Shown one piece after another: positions 10,886-20,732 of a stretch of DNA of 64,000 nt. The stretch lies in contig JAXMHN010000030.1 in NCBI GenBank assembly GCA_046346765.1, positions 9,345 through 73,344 of the forward strand, given 5' to 3'. Position 1 is the first letter of the stretch. Every line of letters begins with the position of its first letter. Under the pieces are notes generated by a model that was given only the letters and a program-made list of their open reading frames with translations, searched no databases and was not told where the DNA came from. Made by a program: the position numbers and the translations under genes. The DNA comes from Verrucomicrobiota bacterium (GTDB lineage: Bacteria > Verrucomicrobiota > Verrucomicrobiia > Limisphaerales > SIBE01).

Positions 10886-12507
10886 TCAAAGTGTCTTCAG
10901 ATACTCGATCAAATCCTGCTGTTGCGGCGCGGTGAGGCGTGTGCCGTAGTTGTGACCGGCATTCGAATTGCCGGCAGCCTGGGTATCGAGGACGTAGCTG
11001 CCCTCGTCCGCATAGCCCATGGCGGCTTCGTCATACTTGATGGATCCCCTGCGGAAAGAGGCCGCTCGCTGCTCCGCCGGAGTCAAGAGCTCACGCAGAG
11101 TTCGGACCGAACCGTTATGAAGATAAGGCGAACGGGCCCAGACTCCGTCCAACGTGGCCGCCCAATACTTTTGCGTCGTCCGAATGCCCGGCTCAGCCGA
11201 TGGCTCGTAACCGGCCGTCTGTAGACGGGCGAGAAACCGATTGAAACGATCTGCTTGCAGTTGGGTGAAGGCCCGAGCTCGATTCGGCTCGGTGCCAATG
11301 TCGCTCACAGGATAGAGCCTGGCATCGGACTCAACCCCGCTATGGCAGGAAGCACAATTTGCCTGAAAGTAAGCAAAACCCCGGCTGGCCGCCTCCCGAT
11401 CGATCGGAAACGGGTATCGAGGCGCACGAATCGACTCCGAGAGGTCCGTTTGTCTCTTGACGGCGGCAAAATCGAGTTCTCCGCGTCGGCCCAGCAAAGG
11501 CGCTCCCAGCCCGAGGGCGGCCAGCAGGTTCCGGCCGAGCGGAGATTGGGTGTTGCCATCCCAATGGACCCAGCGGCGATGATCCACGTTCCAGACTAAG
11601 CCGTATTTTACCGGCGCGTACGGCTGGGGAGCGCCGAAGAACGCTGCCGAGAGCAAGCCGAAAGCGTCGTTCCGCCCCGGCCCGGAAGCAGGCGGCAGAC
11701 TGGACGGCGGCTGGTCGGGCACGTGCAGGGCCGCTCGAAGGTTATGAAATAGTCGCAACAGGGACGAAGCCAGCGCCGGCAAATCAGCGCCTTGCTCCAA
11801 AACCGCCTGGTCCAGGCGAACTTGCTGTTTGCTGATGACATTCAATTCCGGGTCGCCTTCTTTCCTCCGGTTGCAGCTGCTTTGAGAGCGTCAATAATCT
11901 TTGGCTCCTGCCGTTCCCATTCGGCAAAAAAGCGGTCCTGTGCAGCGGCGGCGTGCTCCGGGTCATTCTCGGTCAGGTAAGCGGCCATGAACTTCTTCAT
12001 GTTATCCGGATCCGCAGTTCGAAAGGTCGCACCCAGAAGCGCTCCGAAGAAGCCTTCGGCGTCGAAGTGGCTGGTCATGCCCAAGACCCGGACCCGCTGC
12101 TTGCCATCTGCCGACGTCACTTCGCCCACATGACACGCGGCGCAGTTGATCCCGACGGACATGAGCCCGCCCAAATGGTTGACTTCTTTCCGGCTAAATC
12201 CGACCGGCCAGCCAAAGCCCTGGTCCGGCAGGAGGCCGAGGTGGCTCAAGTCGGGCTTAGGATAGAGGTCCGGGTAGATCTTGATGAAGGTGCGCAAGAT
12301 CGCCTCGGGGACAACCTCGGTGCTCATGCTCCCGTGGAGGAAGAACTGAAGATCGTCATTGGACCAAGCCGGCACTTGCGCGTGCTCAGGACCTTCCGCG
12401 GGGGGCGGCGTCGCAGCGTGGCCCAACGGCGGGTGAAAGAGAAAAACGAACGCGATCAGGGCACTGGTCGCGCGCCGAGACCAAAGCCAGGACTGGGGAA
12501 GGCGCAT
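10886..12507 (-). CDS. Secreted di-heme c-type cytochrome (RoxA/MauG-like), split into two ORFs by an apparent 1-nt indel near 11860
   Basis: Signal peptide; CAACH (12130-12144), CASCH (11342-11356), LDGVWARSPYLHNGSV and GNSNAGHNYG...LIEYLKTL motifs. Confidence 0.8.
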
Positions 12508-12560
12508 GAGGAGTCACTGTAAACATCCGGGCGCGGCGATGCAATGCCTTACCGGCGCGC

Positions 12561-13931
12561 TTACTTGGAGTCGGCTTCCTGCCGGATTACCTGGACAGCC
12601 ACGCCGGTGATTTGATTGTCCCGAACCTCGATCGCGCGCGTCTCGGCGCCCAAACGGACGCCCACTCGGCCAGCGCTTTCCCGGGTCTCTTCGATCGAGT
12701 TGCCGGCAAGGACGACCGCTTCGGTCGCGCCGCGCACGTCAATGGCAATGCCATTGGTATTGCCGCTGTCGACAATGCGGTTATTGAGGATGCGGTTGCG
12801 ATGAGCCGCGAAGTCTTTGCCGCGCTCCGGCCGAAAGAGAACTCCGGTCTCACGGCTGCGTCGAATTTCATTCCCCGTGATTAAATTGTCCGTATCCCGA
12901 TGGCCGATGGAAATGCCAACGCGGTTTCCGATCACTTGATTATTCTCCGCCAGGCCGTATTTCACACCCCAACAGAAGAAAATGCCGATATCATTGTCCG
13001 TCAGACGGCAATTGCGAATGATAGGCCGCTGTGAGCCAGAACCGGGATGCAGGCCAAGGCCGGCGTGACCTTCCGAAACACAATCTTGGACCACGACGTC
13101 GTGGCAGATTTGCCAACTGATGCCATCGCCATTGTAGTTAAACGCGCGCACTCCGCGGATCTGGATGCGGTTGCAGTCTTGGAGGAAGATGCAGCCGGCG
13201 TAATTGCCATCCAGGTTCTCATTCTTGTCCCGATTACCGTCTAATGTGAGATGCTCAATCACCACGTCGGCGATGTTCTCCCCGCTGAGAATCGGAAACA
13301 GGGTCGCCACGGTGGCATTCCCCAATTTCCAGACGTTCTCCCGCAGCGGCTTGTCCAGCTTGAATCGATTGCCTTGACGCGCGACCAGTGTTCGCTTCAC
13401 CACGACGCTGGCTCCGGTGTCGGTGTTCTTGGATCGCAGACAAACTCCGTCCCCGACTTTGAAGCCCGTGGCGTCCACGAGCGTGATCTCCTGATCGTAC
13501 CAGTCGCTGTCTTCGGCCAGTTGAGTCTTCGCCGATGGTTCCTTGAGCAGGCGCGTCTCCGCCGCGCTCCCGACCAGCCGCACCCTGGATGCCAAAAAGA
13601 TCGCGTTGCGAAGATGAAAGACTCCGGGCCCAATACGGACCGTTCCACCGCCGAGCCGCGCCACATAGTCCACTGCGGCCTGTAATACTCGATCGCTGTC
13701 GCCGACAAGGTCGCCCTCCGCGGTGCCGACGGTGATCGTGGTCTGCTGCGACCAATCCGGCTCGACGGCCGTGTCTCCTGAGGTAGCCCGTGGCCGTTCA
13801 ACGACCGGTCGCTCAGCGGCGGTGCCCGCGAGCGCAATGATCGCGACGATGAAGATGCCCGCCCCGCGCTGGGGCGCAGCCTTTGCCGCAAGCCTGAGCC
13901 AGCGCGAGAAAAAGATGGGTGCTTTGGTCAT
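12561..13931 (-). CDS. Secreted right-handed parallel beta-helix (pectin lyase-like) protein
   Basis: LQAAVD...GGGTVRIGPG.F N-cap, repeated I.N/GI beta-helix coils and a hydrophobic signal region. Confidence 0.8.
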   Translation of the reverse strand: MTKAPIFFSRWLRLAAKAAPQRGAGIFIVAIIALAGTAAERPVVERPRATSGDTAVEPDWSQQTTITVGTAEGDLVGDSDRVLQAAVDYVARLGGGTVRIGPGVFHLRNAIFLASRVRLVGSAAETRLLKEPSAKTQLAEDSDWYDQEITLVDATGFKVGDGVCLRSKNTDTGASVVVKRTLVARQGNRFKLDKPLRENVWKLGNATVATLFPILSGENIADVVIEHLTLDGNRDKNENLDGNYAGCIFLQDCNRIQIRGVRAFNYNGDGISWQICHDVVVQDCVSEGHAGLGLHPGSGSQRPIIRNCRLTDNDIGIFFCWGVKYGLAENNQVIGNRVGISIGHRDTDNLITGNEIRRSRETGVLFRPERGKDFAAHRNRILNNRIVDSGNTNGIAIDVRGATEAVVLAGNSIEETRESAGRVGVRLGAETRAIEVRDNQITGVAVQVIRQEADSK

Positions 13932-14065
13932 GGTGAGGCTCTGGCACTCTGCGTTTCCGGGCTGCGGAGTCAAGTCTTTGCCGGCTCGAGACGGAGGCCG
14001 GGGCCAGTTTCGGCCGGCCAACAGTTGAGCCCGGCGGCCCCGGTAGTGAAACGAAGTATTGCGGC

Positions 14066-14971
14066 TCACGAGCGGGCGAAGGCCATCAGGATGGCTCCGA
14101 TGACGGCGATAGCCCCCCCAATCAACGAGCGCATCGTTGGTCGCTCACCTTCGATCAGCCTTGCGAAAGGAATGACCACGATAGGAGTCGTCGCCACAAT
14201 CGGCAAAACCACGCCAGTAGGACGAGTGGCCAATGCCCATTGATAGCACCCCACTCCAAGGGTAGGTCCGGCGAGCGCATTCAGTGCCACCCAAGGGCTG
14301 GCCGCCCACAGGCGCCTTCCCGGGAACCGTTCCGGCCCGCCTTCGAGCGAGGCACGTTCGCGCCAGAAGGCGAAGGCGAGCAGGCCGACGACCCACCCGG
14401 CGAGGATGCGCTGGTAAGCAGCCGTCAAGCCGTCAATTTGCTGCCCCGCGGAGACCGCCACCTGGTAGGCTTTGCGGCTCACCACCGCCCCGAATCCTTG
14501 GCCAATGGCGGCCATCGTCCCAAAGGCGATCCCAACGATGAGCAGGCGCCGAGGTATGGGCACGTGTTCGCCCGGGACGAGCGCGATGGCGACTCCGATC
14601 AGAATGATTGCGCTCGCTGCGATTTGCATCGGGGTGAGCATCGTGCGAAGCCAAAGCCACTCGGCCGCCGCCGCGAATGGAGCTGCCAGGCAGTGAACCA
14701 GGAGAATGGAAAGTCGCGAGCCCAACCGGGGCAGTGCTTGGTATAACGCCAAATCGCCCAACCCAAAGCCGACCACGCCGCTCACTAAAAAGTAGGGAAA
14801 CGCCTGGCCAGCTATTCCTGAACCAACCGCATGCGCCCAGACGGCAAGCAAGGCCGTCGCGAGGGTAATGCGATAGAAGTTGGCCCGAATTCCTCCCAGT
14901 TTGCGGCTCGTCCGGTTCGCAGAAACGCCGGAGATCGCGAACAGCACTGTGGTTAGAAACGCCGGTAACAT
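14066..14971 (-). CDS. DMT/EamA family transporter
   Basis: About 10 hydrophobic segments in two repeats; SG..G..LGD motif. Confidence 0.88.
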   Translation of the reverse strand: MLPAFLTTVLFAISGVSANRTSRKLGGIRANFYRITLATALLAVWAHAVGSGIAGQAFPYFLVSGVVGFGLGDLALYQALPRLGSRLSILLVHCLAAPFAAAAEWLWLRTMLTPMQIAASAIILIGVAIALVPGEHVPIPRRLLIVGIAFGTMAAIGQGFGAVVSRKAYQVAVSAGQQIDGLTAAYQRILAGWVVGLLAFAFWRERASLEGGPERFPGRRLWAASPWVALNALAGPTLGVGCYQWALATRPTGVVLPIVATTPIVVIPFARLIEGERPTMRSLIGGAIAVIGAILMAFARS

Positions 14972-15083
14972 GAGCGACGAGTCTGCACTTCAAGTGGCAG
15001 CAAAACCACCTCGAAGTCGTTGCACGCAGTTGGCCCTGGAGCCTGGAGCTCAGCATGCCCGTGTTAGCATTAGCTCTTAGCTT

Positions 15084-15392
15084 CTATACCGTCGCCACAT
15101 CCCTCGCCACGATCAGGACGTCTTTCTGTTGCCACTCCCGCTTGAGGTCCGCCTTGACCTCCCGCAAAAAGCGTTCGGCTTCGGCTGCGTCCATCGCCAG
15201 AACACGGAAAATGACAATACGATCCCGAAAGGTGAAGCTACCCATTCGCCACAGTCCCTCGTTTTCCTGTGGGAAATGGGTCAAGCCGCCAAATTGACGG
15301 GCCAGTCGCTGCTTCAGGTCTGCGATTTTCTGGTGATCGACCGGTCGGCCATCGTTGTCGTATAATGGCACATACAACTCATACTCACGCAT
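15084..15392 (-). CDS. Small hypothetical protein (DUF3574/PII-like alpha-beta fold suspected)
   Basis: 102-aa ORF with FGGLT...GLW and QQ.DVLI patterns; codon usage looks coding. Confidence 0.65.
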   Translation of the reverse strand: MREYELYVPLYDNDGRPVDHQKIADLKQRLARQFGGLTHFPQENEGLWRMGSFTFRDRIVIFRVLAMDAAEAERFLREVKADLKREWQQKDVLIVARDVATV

Positions 15393-15421
15393 AAAAAAAA
15401 GGCGGGGAAGTTATCCCCGCC
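15393..15421 (-). terminator. Intrinsic terminator after the PRC-barrel gene
   Basis: On the minus strand GGCGGGGA-TAACT-TCCCCGCC (8-bp stem) followed by T8, 30 nt after the stop at 15451. Confidence 0.85.
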
Positions 15422-15450
15422 GACTTGACCGATGATTGTGCTCCTGAGCC

Positions 15451-16434
15451 TTACCGGACTTCAGGCGCATCGGTTCGCATGATGCTGTGGGCCATGAAGG
15501 TCCCGTTATCATCGTGGAAACCAATATCTACCGGATAGCCCACTTTGAAATCCGAAAGACTCGGATTGCGTGATTCCTTCAAGACGATGTTTGGCTTGTC
15601 CGTGAACTTGAACTGACGCGTCCCGGAAGAGTCACCCGTGCCTTGAACCGTCACCGTGCGGTTTTCCACGTCGATGGCAGCTATCTTACCGTGAAACACG
15701 TCCTTGTGGTCGAGTGCGGCATCGTTCCGAGGGGATCCGTTTTGGTTGAGGATTCCATTCGCACGGTTGGCATGTTGACGCGGATATTCCGAGTTGGAAT
15801 TGCGGTCTCGGTCGACGGCGGTCGAGCTCGAATTTCGGTCGCTACTACCCGTTCCCGACGTGGTCGCTCCGATCGTACCTTGCCCACTGGTGCCCGGCAG
15901 CCAATAGGAGTCCAAGTTCCAGGACTTGTCGTTTAGATCCGGCCAGGTGTTCTTGGCAAAGGCGGGAGCATTCTGCAGCTTGGCTTTGTCGGCGTTCAGC
16001 ACCAGTCTGTCCATCTCTGGCGAGGTGCTAAAAGCCCCCGGGGGCACGGCCACGTAGCGGTCGCCTATCCCAAGAAATCCGCCGACGGAGACGACAGTGT
16101 AAAGGACTTTGCCCGAGGGCAAGTCGACGACGATGTCCTTGATCTCGCCCAACCTTTCGTTTTGCGTATTCCGAACATCCATGCCGATCAGGCTACTGGC
16201 CTTGTTCGCGCGGCTGACGGGCGTTTGCTGCCCGGAACGATCCGAAAGCTGCGAATGGCTGTCCAAGGTGTCGGTCGCGGTTCGGTCCGTCTTCAGGATG
16301 TCATTGTGCGCGCTGGGATTGCCGACGGCTCCAGGCGTGGTGTGGTCGGGAGTGTGATCGGCGCGAATCGGGCTCGAGAGTCCGAAACACGCCGCTGTTA
16401 CCCCGGTGAGCAGAAGTTTTTGTGTGTTTCTCAT
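15451..16434 (-). CDS. Secreted PRC-barrel domain protein with a C-terminal OB-like domain
   Basis: Signal peptide; KASSLIGMDV.N...LGEIKDIVVD...SVGGFLGIGDRYVAVP motif. Confidence 0.88.
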   Translation of the reverse strand: MRNTQKLLLTGVTAACFGLSSPIRADHTPDHTTPGAVGNPSAHNDILKTDRTATDTLDSHSQLSDRSGQQTPVSRANKASSLIGMDVRNTQNERLGEIKDIVVDLPSGKVLYTVVSVGGFLGIGDRYVAVPPGAFSTSPEMDRLVLNADKAKLQNAPAFAKNTWPDLNDKSWNLDSYWLPGTSGQGTIGATTSGTGSSDRNSSSTAVDRDRNSNSEYPRQHANRANGILNQNGSPRNDAALDHKDVFHGKIAAIDVENRTVTVQGTGDSSGTRQFKFTDKPNIVLKESRNPSLSDFKVGYPVDIGFHDDNGTFMAHSIMRTDAPEVR

Positions 16435-16659
16435 AATCTCATTGGTTGGTTCATGTCTCTTTCTTTAAGAACGCACACCCAGTAGGAGATGCTATCCGTG
16501 AGGTGGCTGGTTCTGCCATCGGCAGAACGCCGAGGCCGCCTGGGAGAAAGGAGGCCTCACAGCGCGAAATCGTTTCAAAAAGGATTGCGTCCCCTTGGGA
16601 GGAAGGGTAATGATCAGCCAAGTCCCGTGGTGTTTTCTACTCAGCCGAACGGAGCCAGC

Positions 16660-19179
16660 ATGCATGGCCACAATTGTGTCGGAACCAGGTTGCTTTTACT
16701 CGCCTGCGTCATAACCCTTGCGCTCCTCCAGTCTCCGGCGGCTCCCGCCATGAATGAGACCGGCCCGCCGCGGCCGAGCCTTCCCGCGATCCAGAAGCTG
16801 GCATTGACCCCCTCTTCGCTTGCCTTGGAAGATGGTCGAGATGAGCGCCGGGTGCTGGTTTGGGGAATTACCGATGCCGGCGAACAGATCGACCTGACGA
16901 GCGAGGCGACCTTTCAGACCGACTCTCCTGCGATCCAAGTCTCGGATGGTTATGTTCGGCCCAAGGCCAAGGGGGCAGGGGAGGTTTCGATTTGTGCCGC
17001 CGGCAAGCAAACCAAGCTGCCTGTCACCGTCAAAAGTGCGGACATGCCCGAGGTGCGTTTCGTGCGCGATGTCATGCCTGTCTTGAGCAGGGTTGGGTGC
17101 AACGCGGGCACGTGCCACGGCTCAGCCAAGGGCAAGAATGGTTTTAAACTCTCCTTGCGGGGATATGATCCCGAGACCGACTATCATGCCCTCATCGATG
17201 ACCTATCCGGCCGGCGATTCAATCGGGTCAGGGTCGAAGAGAGTTTGATGCTATTGAAGCCCTCGGCGGCCGTGCCGCACGAGGGTGGTCAGGTCTTCAA
17301 GCCATCCTCACGCGAATACGAAATGTTGCGCACCTGGATTGCCCAAGGATCCCGCCCGGAGGAGACAGGAAGCGCGCGCGCGACGCGTATTGAGATTCTC
17401 CCCCCCGAGTTGAATTTGGCGCTTCCCGGGATGCAGCAGCAACTGATCGTTCAGGCTTCCTACCCGGACGGTTCCATGCGCGACGTGACTCGCGATGCTG
17501 TCATTACTAGTAATAACGAGGAAATCGCCAAGGTCAAAGACAGCCAGGTCACCAGCGTGCGGCGCGGCGAGGCGGCCGTCCTCGTGCGTTATGAGGGCAA
17601 CTATGCCACGGCCGAGTTGCGGGTGATGGGAGATCGTGCTGGCTACTCTTGGAGTCCGGTCCCCGAGCACAATTTCATCGACCGCGCGGTCAACGCCAAG
17701 CTGCAAAAAATGAAAATCCTCCCATCCGGCCTTTGTTCGGACGCGGAGTTTATTCGGCGGGCCTCGCTGGACCTCACCGGCGTGCCACCGACAGGCGAGC
17801 GGGTGCGGGCCTTCCTGGCGGACGGCGCCGAAAGCAAAGTGAAACGTGAACGGCTCGTCGATGAGCTCATTGGCAGCCCGGAATACACCAGGTTCTGGGC
17901 GAATAAGTGGGCTGATTTGCTCCAGTGCAACAGCGAAAACCTCGGCCAGAAAGGGGTTTGGGCGTTTAAGGATTGGATCCGGCAGGAGATTGCGGCCAAC
18001 CGGCCTTACGATCAATTCGTGCGCGAAATTCTGCTCGCCGAAGGCAGCTCGTATCTGAATCCGCCGGTCAATTACTTTCGGGTTTTACGCGAACCGGGCA
18101 AAGCTGCGGAAGATATCAGTCAGACTTTTTTGGGCGTCCGGTTCAACTGCAACAAGTGCCACGATCATCCGTTCGAGCGTTGGACTCAGAGCCAGTATTA
18201 TCAGTTTTCAGCTTATTTCGCCCGCCTCGCGTTCAAGCGCGGCACTTTAGGCAAAGATGTGGTGCGAACCTTCACGGGCGATAATCAGACCGTGACGGGG
18301 GAGGAGGTGGTTTACTTGCGAGACGAAGGCGAGGTAAAGCATCCTAAAACGGACAAAGACGTGCCTCCTCATGTTCCTTACGGAGTGGCCAAGGCCGCGC
18401 CGCCGGATCAGGATCGCCGCGAACCCTTCGTCGAATGGCTCACCTCCAAGGATAATCCCTATTTCGCCTTGTCGATGGCCAACCGCGTCTGGAGCTACTT
18501 CTTCGGCCGCGGCATTATTGACCCGGTCGATGATATTCGCGGCAGCAATCCGCCCAGTAATGGTCCTTTGCTCGATGCGTTGACGAAGGAATTCGTTAAC
18601 AGTGGGTTTGACGTGCGGCAATTGATGCGGACGATCTGCCAATCGCGCACCTATCAGGCTTCGATTGTGCCCAATCAGTGGAATACAGACGATCACATCA
18701 ATTTCTCTCATGCGCTTCCGCGCCGTTTGAGCGCGGAGCAGTTGCTAGATGCTGTCGCCGTCAGCACTGGGACCAAGCCGACCTTCGCAGGCCTGCCGAA
18801 AGGGCTGCGGTCGGTTGATTTGCCCGACGGCATCGTGGAAGGAAACGACTTCCTGTCTTTGTTTGGCCGGCCCAAACGGCAGTCGGCCTGCGAATGCGAG
18901 CGGACGAGCAACCTCACGCTGGCGCACGCGATGAACCTGATCAATGGCAAGATGATCAGCGACGCGGTCCAATCGCCCGACAACCAGTTGCGGAAACTTG
19001 TCGAGGCGACAGCGGACAATGGGAGTTTAGTGCAGGACATCTATCTCGCTGTCCTTAACCGGCCAGCTACTGAGAAGGAGTTGGCTGCGATCGACTTTTC
19101 CGGCTCCAGCCGTCTGGAGACGGCCCAGGATCTGGCTTGGGCGCTGATGAATAGCCCGGCATTTCTCTTCAACCGCTAA
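16660..19179 (+). CDS. DUF1549 (PSCyt2)/DUF1553 (PSD1) protein with Ig-like (Big_2) domains
   Basis: F.RDV.PVL..GCNAGTCHG, FIRRASLDLTG.PP, CNKCHDHPF, NRVWSYFFGRGI, RRLSAEQLLD and CECER motifs. Confidence 0.92.
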   Translation: MHGHNCVGTRLLLLACVITLALLQSPAAPAMNETGPPRPSLPAIQKLALTPSSLALEDGRDERRVLVWGITDAGEQIDLTSEATFQTDSPAIQVSDGYVRPKAKGAGEVSICAAGKQTKLPVTVKSADMPEVRFVRDVMPVLSRVGCNAGTCHGSAKGKNGFKLSLRGYDPETDYHALIDDLSGRRFNRVRVEESLMLLKPSAAVPHEGGQVFKPSSREYEMLRTWIAQGSRPEETGSARATRIEILPPELNLALPGMQQQLIVQASYPDGSMRDVTRDAVITSNNEEIAKVKDSQVTSVRRGEAAVLVRYEGNYATAELRVMGDRAGYSWSPVPEHNFIDRAVNAKLQKMKILPSGLCSDAEFIRRASLDLTGVPPTGERVRAFLADGAESKVKRERLVDELIGSPEYTRFWANKWADLLQCNSENLGQKGVWAFKDWIRQEIAANRPYDQFVREILLAEGSSYLNPPVNYFRVLREPGKAAEDISQTFLGVRFNCNKCHDHPFERWTQSQYYQFSAYFARLAFKRGTLGKDVVRTFTGDNQTVTGEEVVYLRDEGEVKHPKTDKDVPPHVPYGVAKAAPPDQDRREPFVEWLTSKDNPYFALSMANRVWSYFFGRGIIDPVDDIRGSNPPSNGPLLDALTKEFVNSGFDVRQLMRTICQSRTYQASIVPNQWNTDDHINFSHALPRRLSAEQLLDAVAVSTGTKPTFAGLPKGLRSVDLPDGIVEGNDFLSLFGRPKRQSACECERTSNLTLAHAMNLINGKMISDAVQSPDNQLRKLVEATADNGSLVQDIYLAVLNRPATEKELAAIDFSGSSRLETAQDLAWALMNSPAFLFNR

Positions 19180-19194
19180 CCAAAGGCAATCATT

Positions 19195-20643
19195 ATGCTA
19201 TCGATTCCTGGGGAAACTGGCTCAACCTGTGATGGTTGGAGCCGCCGTGAGTTCCTTCGCGTCGGTGGAGCGGGTATCCTGGGCTTGGCTCTGGGAGATA
19301 TTCTCCGGCTCCAAGCGCAAGCCGGCACTGCGCCGGAGGCGAGCAAGCCCCGCAACGGTTGGGGTCAGGCCAAGTCCGTTATCCTTCTCTTCCTTCAGGG
19401 CGGGCCGAGCCACATCGACATTTGGGACCCTAAGCCGGATGCTCCTTCGAACATTCGCGGTGAGTTCAAGCCCATCAAGACGAACGTCCCGGGAATCTGG
19501 TTGAGCGAAACGATGCCCTTGCTGGCCCAGCAAATGGACAAGGCTACTCTGATCCGTTCGGTCAGCTATACGCCCGCCGGCTTGTTCAACCACACCGCTG
19601 CCATCTACCAAATGATGACCGGCTATACGCCCGACCGCGTCTCCCCATCCGGGCAGCTTGAACCCCCGGCGCCGAATGATTTTCCGCATGCTGGCTCGCA
19701 GATTGTGCGCTTGAAGCCGTCTGACGCGCCCATGCTGCCCTTCGTCATGCTTCCAAGACCTTTGCAGGAAAGCAACGTCATCGGGAAAGGTGGCACTGCT
19801 GGCTTTTTGGGCCCTGCTTTTGATCCCTACTATTTCTATCAGGATCCCGCCGGACAGATAAAACTCGATGATCTGAGCTTGCACGAAGGCATTTCGAAGG
19901 AGCGTCTGCAGCGGCGCAGCGGGCTTTTGCAGCGATTGAATGCCGCCATGCCGGACATGGAGAAGGCGGTCGAGAATTACGCCTTGGATAGTTATTACCA
20001 GAAGGCCTTCAACCTGATTCTCTCCGGTCGCGCCCGCGATGCTTTCGACCTGACGAAGGAATCGGACCAGGTCCGAGACCGTTATGGCCGCCATACATTC
20101 GGCCAAGGCTGCCTCATGGCTCGCCGCCTGATCGAAGCCGGCACCAAATTTGTCCAGATGAACTGGCCTTCCGTGGCCAATGGGGATCCCAACACAACCG
20201 CTTGGGATACCCACGCGGCGAACTTCGGGCCGCTCCGCAACCTGCATTGTCCCAAGCTTGATAGTGGCCTCTCGACTTTGCTGTCCGAACTGGACGAACG
20301 CGGTCTGCTTAAAGAGACTTTAGTCGTTGCGATCGGCGAGTTTGGCCGTTCCCCGCGTCTGGGAGTGAGCACTTCCGGCAACAGCAATTCGCCGGACGGT
20401 CGGGACCACTGGCCGTATTGCTATACGGCCTTGGTGGCCGGCGCAGGCGTGCAGCGCGGCGCGCTCTACGGCAAGTCCGACGCCACCGCATCCTCGCCGG
20501 CGGAGAATCCGGTCCACCCGACTGAAATTCTGGCAACCATCTACCACGCTCTCGGAATTGATCCGCATACGATTGTTCTTAATCACTTGAACCAACCGCG
20601 TGAGTTGGTCCAGGCGCAACCGGTTCTCAAGCTCTTTGCCTGA
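19195..20643 (+). CDS. DUF1501 family protein with a twin-arginine signal
   Basis: [33 protein letters not shown] and GRDHW motifs. Confidence 0.93.
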   Translation: MLSIPGETGSTCDGWSRREFLRVGGAGILGLALGDILRLQAQAGTAPEASKPRNGWGQAKSVILLFLQGGPSHIDIWDPKPDAPSNIRGEFKPIKTNVPGIWLSETMPLLAQQMDKATLIRSVSYTPAGLFNHTAAIYQMMTGYTPDRVSPSGQLEPPAPNDFPHAGSQIVRLKPSDAPMLPFVMLPRPLQESNVIGKGGTAGFLGPAFDPYYFYQDPAGQIKLDDLSLHEGISKERLQRRSGLLQRLNAAMPDMEKAVENYALDSYYQKAFNLILSGRARDAFDLTKESDQVRDRYGRHTFGQGCLMARRLIEAGTKFVQMNWPSVANGDPNTTAWDTHAANFGPLRNLHCPKLDSGLSTLLSELDERGLLKETLVVAIGEFGRSPRLGVSTSGNSNSPDGRDHWPYCYTALVAGAGVQRGALYGKSDATASSPAENPVHPTEILATIYHALGIDPHTIVLNHLNQPRELVQAQPVLKLFA

Positions 20644-20732
20644 GAACAGCTCGCTTCCGATCGGCGTTGCTTTGACTGATGACCAGTGCCCGTATTGCCG
20701 GAAAGGTGGCGAGAGACCGCGACGATAAAGAA

